Assembly (NCBI RefSeq): GCF_000446015.1
Contig: NC_022093.1
Coordinates: 1-32,000 of the forward strand
Direction of reading: 5' to 3'
DNA length: 32,000 bases
Source: Thermofilum adornatum
Lineage (GTDB): Archaea > Thermoproteota > Thermoprotei > Thermofilales > Thermofilaceae
The notes beneath the pieces are model-generated. The model saw only the letters and a program-made list of their open reading frames with translations, was not told where the DNA came from and searched no databases. The position numbers and the translations under genes were made by a program. Below are positions 11,401-17,359 of the stretch, in pieces. The stretch's first letter is position 1; each line of letters opens with the position of its first letter.

Positions 11401-12086
11401 CCCTCCACGTCCCTCAGTCCCCAGCCAGTCCTCTCAGCGTAGACAACCATGGGGGTAGCCAGAGGGCCCTTCTCGACAGTTATCCTAGTATACCTCTTTC
11501 CAACGTCCTCGAGCCTAGCTATAACGCTGGAAACATGCCTAGCATACACGGGGACCTCTGGAAGAGGCCTCCTAGAAAACCTAGACCTCCCCGCAAATAG
11601 CACGACTACCGCGCCCCTCTCCAGCAGCCTCTGGAGCCTCCCCAGAAACATCACGAGCCTGTCGTAGCTCTTCGGGCTAAACAGCTCGGATAAATGGGTA
11701 ACAGCTATGAGCCCCACGCCCCTCTTCAGTGCCTCTTCCACAATCAAGTCAACAGAGCCCACCTGTCCAACGCCGTAGACATTGGCTACGTGTATCCTCG
11801 AGAGCCCCTCCTCCGGATCCACGCCCCGCCACATCAGGGCCTCCGACAAAGCGTACGTGTCTATAGACCTCCCCTCATGGTAGTCCCTCATGTTGACGAC
11901 GAGCGGCGGCAAGCCCCCGGAGAGGGCTGAGGCAAGAAGGGTGTAGAGCATCTTTCCCCTAGAATCCTCGTCACCATAAAACGTGGCCACAGAGCCGGGC
12001 ACAAGCCCGCCCACAAGCCTGTCTAGTCCCGAGAGGCCCGTGGACAGCCTGGGAAGCTCTAGGAGGCTCCTCGCATTCATCAACAT
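11391..12086 (-). CDS. RecA/RadA-paralog (KaiC/aRadC-like) protein with degenerate Walker motifs
   Basis: 'STGLSGLDRLVGGLVPGSVATFYG' matches the RadA/KaiC N-terminal core. The P-loop position reads 'GDEDSRGKM' (one extra residue, T/S replaced by M). The Walker B position reads 'GLIAVTHLS' (no Asp). The start is taken at Met30 (12086) because a TATA-like box sits about 35 nt upstream; the listed ORF starts at 12173. Confidence 0.7.
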   Translation of the reverse strand: MLMNARSLLELPRLSTGLSGLDRLVGGLVPGSVATFYGDEDSRGKMLYTLLASALSGGLPPLVVNMRDYHEGRSIDTYALSEALMWRGVDPEEGLSRIHVANVYGVGQVGSVDLIVEEALKRGVGLIAVTHLSELFSPKSYDRLVMFLGRLQRLLERGAVVVLFAGRSRFSRRPLPEVPVYARHVSSVIARLEDVGKRYTRITVEKGPLATPMVVYAERTGWGLRDVEGWF

Positions 12087-12114
12087 GGATACCACAGGCA
12101 GTTGTGCGAGAAAA

Positions 12115-12128
12115 CCCCTTATAAACAC
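12115..12128 (-). promoter_or_regulatory. TATA-like box for the RecA-like/PolB operon
   Basis: The minus strand reads 'GTGTTTATAAGGGG', centred about 35 nt upstream of the ATG at 12086. This spacing fits an archaeal TATA-to-TSS distance plus a short leader. Confidence 0.4.
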
Positions 12129-12283
12129 TGGAGACACTCCTGCATAGGGGGGATAACGCCGAAAGTAAAACATTTAAACACACGCCACGGCGCGTAGCCC
12201 AGCAAAAAGACGTTAAAAAAGAGATGCGGGTCATATATGAAAAGAGATAAAGCATTCTCACGTATCAGTGTCCAATTATTTCT

Positions 12284-12607
12284 TTGATTCACAGAATGAA
12301 TATAAGTGTTTGTGGGTGTTTGTTTGCCGTGTTTAGTGAGCTGGGTGTGGCAAGGAACAGGCTTAGGCTTGCTTGGATGCTTAGGGAGAGGGGTGTCTAT
12401 GTCAGGCTTCATGCCTACGAGTATCTGCTTGGCTACAGGGGCAGGATTCTTGGGGTCTTGTTGCTTGAGCCTTCGAGGGGCTCTGCTTCTCTCTTTCTGC
12501 GTGGGGAGGGAGAGGATGCTGAGAGGCTTGCCGAGATTGTTGGGGATGTTTTGGGTAGGCTGGACCCGGGTCTGAGGCTCAGTGTTGTGCGGGTGGGGTC
12601 GGGCTAG
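12284..12607 (+). CDS. hypothetical protein (uncertain)
   Basis: 107-aa ORF divergent from the polymerase operon. The C-terminal half looks protein-like ('GEDAERLAEIVGDVLGRLDPGLRLSVVRV'). The region is so G/T-rich that a second frame (12306-12575) is also open, so ORF length alone is weak evidence. Confidence 0.35.
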   Translation: MIHRMNISVCGCLFAVFSELGVARNRLRLAWMLRERGVYVRLHAYEYLLGYRGRILGVLLLEPSRGSASLFLRGEGEDAERLAEIVGDVLGRLDPGLRLSVVRVGSG

Positions 12608-13392
12608 GCTTGTAGCCTTAGTTGTATTGGGCCCGTTATCTCGTTGTTTTTTGCTGTATACTTGTGGGCTGTGAGGTTGTCTAGCACGGTGCAGTTGAGT
12701 AGGTTTGTGGGGGTGTAGTAGTCGATTAGGGTCGAGGAGGCGTAGATGTGGAGGTTTTGGGCTGTGCAGTGGTAGAGCTTGGCGTAGTCTTTTTTCTGGG
12801 AGGGGTACTTGGTCGACACGATTAGTGTCGTTTCTTGTGGTGCTAGGAGGGCTAGGGCTATGTTGGCCATTTTTGCCGTGGATTGTAGTTTCGCTAAGTG
12901 TGACTGGTCTATTTCATTTAGTGTCTTGCTTGCGAGCCAAAGGTTTGCAAGGTAGGTGTCGTTGAATTCTTGGAGTAGCCTTGGGTTGCCGAGTAGTTGG
13001 CTTATTTCTTGCATGAAAGGGTCTAGGGTGAATTCTCCGTTGTGTATCATGTATAGCTCGTAGCCCAGCCTAGTGGTAGCCATGACCGGGTGTGTAGAGT
13101 GAATGTTTAGGGGTGTGCCTGGGCTCTTTTTCCTCGCGTGGAACATGAGGATTTTGCGTCCAGGCTTTATTCCTCGCAGGACTTCCTCTTCCTCGTAGAT
13201 GGGCCTGATGCTCCTATAGCGGACTGTTTTTCCAACGTTTCCTTCGAGGCTTATTTCTAGGTATCCCCACCCGTCTCCGTGAGAATCATTGTCGTTGTAT
13301 GGGTCTCTACGAGCAGAGTCAACAAGCGCCCTTGTGAGGAGTTTTAGTGTTTCTCCTTGTATTTCTCCTACGAGGACAAGTATCCTGCACAC
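12604..13392 (-). CDS. class II (Ntn-type) glutamine amidotransferase-like protein
   Basis: The protein starts 'MCRILVLVG' (catalytic Cys2 after Met removal), followed by 'HGDGWGY' and 'HARKKSPG...HP' segments typical of YafJ/EgtC-like GATase-2 domains. Confidence 0.7.
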   Translation of the reverse strand: MCRILVLVGEIQGETLKLLTRALVDSARRDPYNDNDSHGDGWGYLEISLEGNVGKTVRYRSIRPIYEEEEVLRGIKPGRKILMFHARKKSPGTPLNIHSTHPVMATTRLGYELYMIHNGEFTLDPFMQEISQLLGNPRLLQEFNDTYLANLWLASKTLNEIDQSHLAKLQSTAKMANIALALLAPQETTLIVSTKYPSQKKDYAKLYHCTAQNLHIYASSTLIDYYTPTNLLNCTVLDNLTAHKYTAKNNEITGPIQLRLQA

Positions 13393-13484
13393 ATGTAAAT
13401 AGGCGCACCGAGGTTAAAAAATTTTTAATGTTGCGGTGAAGGCGCCGGCGTTAAACTGATATCCATGTCTGCCCAAATAAAAGT

Positions 13485-14186
13485 ATGCGTCTATGGGCTT
13501 TACTGATACTCTTGGCTCTGCTTTGCATTGCTAATGTCCCAGGAATAGCTCAGCCTACACTGAAGATCGTTGCCTATGACGGCTCCCAGCTTAGGGGCGC
13601 ACAGATACGTGTCTCGACACTGGACGGCAGAGTATTTGAGTTTACGCTTGACCCCAGAAACCCGTTTGTTGTGCGGGACGTCGTCAAGGGCGTGCTGTTT
13701 GTCGAGGTGGTTTCCTGGAAGAGTGTGCCCATAGGCTATAGGCAAAACATGACCGTATACAGCAACCAGACCCTTGTGGTCCCAAGCATTGGGAAGCTGA
13801 CCCTGAAGGTTTCAGGCTCCCGTGGCCAAGCCCTAGAGGGGGTCTCTATCAAAATTACTTATGGTGGTCAGACTATCGAAGAGGGCTCCACGGACGCGGG
13901 GGGCGTGTATACAACTCTCCTCCCAGCGGCGTCTTACGGGATTATTGTGGACTATGGTGGAAGGAGGGTAGAGAAGACCATTGCTGTGGAGCCTTCCCGC
14001 GAAAACGTTGTCAACGTTCAGCTAGACGTTTTCTTGAGCATAGGCGGCATGGATTTGTCTGTGACAGAGTTCCTCGGGCTAGCACTGCTTGTCATCGTGA
14101 TAGTCATTGCTTTGATCGTTGTGGCTGTCGAGTACTCAAACTGGAGAGCGAAGAGGGCGAGAAGGGTCCTAGCCACGCCAGAGTAG
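13485..14186 (+). CDS. secreted, C-terminally membrane-anchored protein with two carboxypeptidase-regulatory-like beta-sandwich domains
   Basis: N-terminal signal peptide 'MRLWALLILLALLCIANVPGIA'. The second domain, 'LKVSGSRGQALEGVSIKITYGG...STDAGGVYTTLLPAASYGIIV', fits the CarboxypepD_reg pattern. C-terminal TM helix 'LALLVIVIVIALIVVAV' followed by a basic tail. Confidence 0.65.
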   Translation: MRLWALLILLALLCIANVPGIAQPTLKIVAYDGSQLRGAQIRVSTLDGRVFEFTLDPRNPFVVRDVVKGVLFVEVVSWKSVPIGYRQNMTVYSNQTLVVPSIGKLTLKVSGSRGQALEGVSIKITYGGQTIEEGSTDAGGVYTTLLPAASYGIIVDYGGRRVEKTIAVEPSRENVVNVQLDVFLSIGGMDLSVTEFLGLALLVIVIVIALIVVAVEYSNWRAKRARRVLATPE

Positions 14187-14214
14187 AACAAAATTTGCCT
14201 GGTGCGCGGATTCT

Positions 14215-15012
14215 ATGAATAAGAGCAGAGAAGACCTTGCTAGTGAGGACAACCTATCAGAAGTCACAAAAATTGTGAGCAACCTAGGCACCAGGATAAG
14301 GTACCAGGTCTATTACCTTGAGAAGTGCGGCTCGACCCAGGACGTCGCTAGGGAGCTGGCAGAGAAAGGTGCCCCAGAGGGCGTAGTTGTCGTTGCTGAG
14401 GAGCAGGAGAATGGCAGGGGTAGGCTTGGCAGACGCTGGTTCTCCGGCAGGGGCGGCCTATGGTTCACGGTGGTTCTAAGGCCAAAACCCGATGCTCTGG
14501 GCCTGCTTAGTCTAGGCGTTGGGGTCGCAGTGGGACGCGTGTTGAGGGGGCTTGGGCTTAGCGTCGGCCTAAAGTGGCCGAACGATGTGCTAGTCGATGG
14601 CAGGAAGGCTGGGGGCATACTTGTAGAGGGCTTTACTGTCCCAGGGGACGGCATAGTGGCGCTTGTTGGCGTGGGGCTTAATGTTAACAACGAGCTTCCA
14701 CCTGGTCTTGCCGAGGTTTCTGTTGCCCTCAGAGAAGTTGTTGGCGCGAGGCTTTCGAGGCTCCAGCTTTTCCTGAAACTGTTAAGGGAGATTGACAATG
14801 TATATCTGCAGCTCATAGAGGGCCGAGGCGAGGTGATTCTTGAAGAATGGAGGAGGCTCTCTGTGACGCTTGGCAAGACAGTGAAGATAATTACTGCCGA
14901 TGGTGAATACATCGGCGTGGCTGTCGATGTTGGTCCCTTGGGCGAGCTGTACATCGATATTGGCGACGGGATTAGGGCTTTCTATGCTGGGGACGTTGTG
15001 CACGTTAGGTAG
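14215..15012 (+). CDS. birA: biotin--[acetyl-CoA-carboxylase] ligase
   Basis: 'GRGRLGRRWFS' (GRGRxGRxW) and 'KWPNDVLVDGRKAGGILVE' are hallmark BirA motifs. Confidence 0.85.
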   Translation: MNKSREDLASEDNLSEVTKIVSNLGTRIRYQVYYLEKCGSTQDVARELAEKGAPEGVVVVAEEQENGRGRLGRRWFSGRGGLWFTVVLRPKPDALGLLSLGVGVAVGRVLRGLGLSVGLKWPNDVLVDGRKAGGILVEGFTVPGDGIVALVGVGLNVNNELPPGLAEVSVALREVVGARLSRLQLFLKLLREIDNVYLQLIEGRGEVILEEWRRLSVTLGKTVKIITADGEYIGVAVDVGPLGELYIDIGDGIRAFYAGDVVHVR

Positions 15013-15064
15013 CTTCCCCTCTGATAATAAGTGAAGTTTTTAAGGCTTGTTGGAAAAAATGTTT

Positions 15065-15125
15065 GCGGATGATGATCCTTTGGCGGACTCCGATTCTCTG
15101 TGAAGAAAAGGGTTTCACCTGACCC
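15065..15125 (+). ncRNA. candidate C/D box sRNA
   Basis: C box ATGATGA (15069-15075); 14-nt spacer; D'-like CCGA (15090-15093); C'-like TGAAGA (15101-15106); exactly 12-nt spacer AAAGGGTTTCAC; D box CTGA (15119-15122). It lies between birA and speE, with an A/T-rich 'AGTTTTTAAGG' about 25 nt upstream. Confidence 0.5.
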
Positions 15126-15156
15126 CTCTGGTTATGGGCAAAAATATATGTAATTT

Positions 15157-16029
15157 ATGGTTGTTCTTTTACTTATGTCTAGCTCGGATGGCCTCGTGAT
15201 TATTGAGCCTGTAAGCGAATATACTAGGCAGATACTTAAGCTGAAAAAGATATACGCTGTCGAAAAGACCCCCTACCAGGAGATCGTATTCGCGGAGCTG
15301 GAGGGCTTCGGCAAGGCTCTACTCATAGACGAATTTGTCCAGAGCACCGAGAAGGACGAGTTTATCTACCACGAGTTGCTCGTGCATCCGGCCATGGCCC
15401 TACACCCGGAGCCCAAAAGGGTCCTGATTATAGGTGGTGGCGAGGGGGCCTCGCTTAGAGAAGTCTTGAAGCATGGAACAGTAGAGGATGCGGTCATGGT
15501 TGACATTGACGAGAAGGTCGTGGAGTTCTCTAAAAGGTTCCTAGAGGTCATGCACCGTGGAAGCTTCTTTGACCCAAGGGCAAGGGTCGTCATAATGGAC
15601 GGGCTAGAATACGTTAAGAAGACCGCCGACGGCACCTTCGACGTGGTGGTAATGGACCTGACAGACCCCTATGCTGGCCCCACAGCTCTGCCGCTTTACA
15701 GCTACGAGGCATTCAGGGAGATAAAAAGGATACTCAAGCCAGAAGGTGTAATGGCGACGCAGGCAGGCTCGAGCTATTTCTACCCAAAAGAGTACAGACA
15801 GGTAAAAGAAAACATAGAGAAAAACTTTAAGCACGTAGCCGAATACTGGGCGTGGATACCTAGCTTCGCTACAAACGTGAACTTTATCGTTGCATCAGAT
15901 GCTTACGACCTTTATGGCCTCAGTGCGGAGATGTTCGACACAAGGCTGAAGTCAAGAAATGTTAACACAAAGTATCTAGTTGGTAGAAGGCTTACAGCCC
16001 ACTTGAGTATGGGCGTCCTTTATGGCTAG
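15157..16029 (+). CDS. speE: spermidine synthase / polyamine aminopropyltransferase
   Basis: 'VLIIGGGEGASLREVLKH' SAM-binding loop and the 'DVVVMDLTDP' motif. The ATG at 15175 (MSSSDG) may be the true start, because a TATA-like AAAAATATAT sits at 15140-15149. Confidence 0.85.
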   Translation: MVVLLLMSSSDGLVIIEPVSEYTRQILKLKKIYAVEKTPYQEIVFAELEGFGKALLIDEFVQSTEKDEFIYHELLVHPAMALHPEPKRVLIIGGGEGASLREVLKHGTVEDAVMVDIDEKVVEFSKRFLEVMHRGSFFDPRARVVIMDGLEYVKKTADGTFDVVVMDLTDPYAGPTALPLYSYEAFREIKRILKPEGVMATQAGSSYFYPKEYRQVKENIEKNFKHVAEYWAWIPSFATNVNFIVASDAYDLYGLSAEMFDTRLKSRNVNTKYLVGRRLTAHLSMGVLYG

Positions 16030-16103
16030 GAGCCAGTTCTTCTAGCTTAAGTTAATGCGGTGGAGCGAAAAGAGTGCTCAAAGAGATTAGGACTAATCAT
16101 CAG

Positions 16104-16124
16104 TGTTTTTTCCTTCATTTTTTA
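16104..16124 (+). terminator. paired oligo-T tracts downstream of speE
   Basis: Two T6 runs (16106-16111, 16118-16123), 77-94 nt after the speE stop. Confidence 0.35.
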
Positions 16125-16234
16125 GTTACCTTTGATAGGTTCAGAAAGCTTAAGGACCCCTCTATCGTTTTGTATGGATGAGTTTTGCAGTGCGTCCTCG
16201 AGTTACTGTTTGGATAAGGGGTTATGTCGCGCTG

Positions 16235-17359
16235 TTATTTCTCCCTATCCAGCCTACTTAGATGTTGAATTGACCTGGATAAATAGATGACTGCTGTGAG
16301 CGATGCGTGTGCAATGCTCAGGAATAGTCCATTCATTGGATTCCCAAGCACTGCAGAGACGAGGAAATAGATTAAGTAGAAATTTCTTCTGCCATCTATA
16401 ACTGCAAATTTCCTGTCGAAGTCGGAGTATGTCTTGAGACTCCTCCCCGTGATAAGTGCGAACTGGTTGAAGACATGCCTAGTGAAGCTGTCTATCACGA
16501 GGAAAATTATTCCCGTAACAAGTGCCTGTACTCCGTAGCCGTGAGTTCCCAGTCCTATGACAAGCGATGCGTAGACTGATTGCTCCCATAACGCATCTAG
16601 TGAATGCTCGAGGTGGCCAAGCTTCGTGAAACGGCCTCGGACTCTTGCCAGCTTTCCATCTACTCCGTCGAATATCCCTGCAATGTAGGCTACAACGCTT
16701 CCTAAGAAAAAGTAACCATTTAGGAAAAGGTAAATCACGGCCAGGGCTAATAGATTGACAAGCATAGTAATTCTATTTGGAGTGATCCACTTGATCTCTC
16801 CTATACTTTTCACGATAAAGTTCTCGAGGGGTGCATTCAGCATAGAAGTTAAATGGATGCCCTTCTGAGACCACATAACTATTGTTGCCTTAGATGTTTT
16901 TAGGTCTCCAGCATACACGCAGGCAGGTCTATGCCTTGGTTCAACAAAAGAATCAAGGTCTACGGCTTTATGTTCGGAACTAACAACTCTTTGGAGGACG
17001 GTTGTCTGTTTACATGTACCCACCGTATAATTGCTTTGAATGAATGTTCTAGTTGCGTCGGGGTGAACCAGGTAATCTGCCGAAATTATAATTGCTCCCT
17101 CGGTTGTTTTGAATCGTAGTTCGTCTATGCTACTTACATCTACATTTGTTTCTCCTATTTTCTCTAAGTAATCCCTGATTTGTGCAACTGTTTCTTTAGG
17201 GGCGAAGACTTGAATTTCTCTTATGCCCTGCGCCCTTATAGTTTGGATCCATCTTTCGATTGTTGTGGTGCCAAAGTGTGAAAGGAGAGCTACAGGTGTC
17301 TTTACGCCTTCTTTTTCTATAATTTCCCGGAAAACTAACAGTATCTTACCGAGACTCAT
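16235..17359 (-). CDS. CDP-alcohol phosphatidyltransferase-family membrane protein with a degenerate nucleotidyltransferase-like N-domain (DIPPS-like)
   Basis: 'ITPNRITMLVNLL' followed by 'FDGVDGKLARVRGRFTKLGHLEHSLD' (D-G-x-D-G-x2-A-R-x8-G-x2-E-x3-D). The start is taken at Met28 (17359), which gives a 14-nt overlap with the upstream gene. The N-terminal roughly 190 aa lack a G-rich NTP loop. Confidence 0.75.
   Translation of the reverse strand: MSLGKILLVFREIIEKEGVKTPVALLSHFGTTTIERWIQTIRAQGIREIQVFAPKETVAQIRDYLEKIGETNVDVSSIDELRFKTTEGAIIISADYLVHPDATRTFIQSNYTVGTCKQTTVLQRVVSSEHKAVDLDSFVEPRHRPACVYAGDLKTSKATIVMWSQKGIHLTSMLNAPLENFIVKSIGEIKWITPNRITMLVNLLALAVIYLFLNGYFFLGSVVAYIAGIFDGVDGKLARVRGRFTKLGHLEHSLDALWEQSVYASLVIGLGTHGYGVQALVTGIIFLVIDSFTRHVFNQFALITGRSLKTYSDFDRKFAVIDGRRNFYLIYFLVSAVLGNPMNGLFLSIAHASLTAVIYLSRSIQHLSRLDREK

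Noticed and set aside
12161-12166. ACTTTC (ANTTTC-type damage-response hexamer described for Sulfolobales) upstream of the RecA-like/PolB operon
   Set aside because: A 6-mer with one degenerate position is expected by chance in A/T-rich spacers. Its relevance outside Sulfolobales is unknown, and its position relative to the TATA box is not obviously right.
12186-12205. 'GGCGCGTAGCCCAGC' resembling a tRNA acceptor/D-arm
   Set aside because: No downstream anticodon stem, T-arm (GTTCRANNC) or complementary acceptor 3' strand is present.
9001-13484. The GC-rich block as an integrated mobile element
   Set aside because: There is no integrase, transposase or tRNA target, and I could find no flanking direct repeats by eye. 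High GC is confined to the coding sequences and also occurs in scattered genes elsewhere in the window.
14313-14954. 213-aa minus-strand ORF antisense to birA
   Set aside because: It is a Ser/Pro/Thr-rich shadow ORF. The plus strand has the canonical GRGRxGRxW and KWPND BirA motifs.
16085-16112. Minus-strand CTGATGA as the C box of a second C/D sRNA
   Set aside because: No CTGA D or D' box lies at the required 12-nt spacing, and no C' box is present. The region is better explained as the speE oligo-T terminator.
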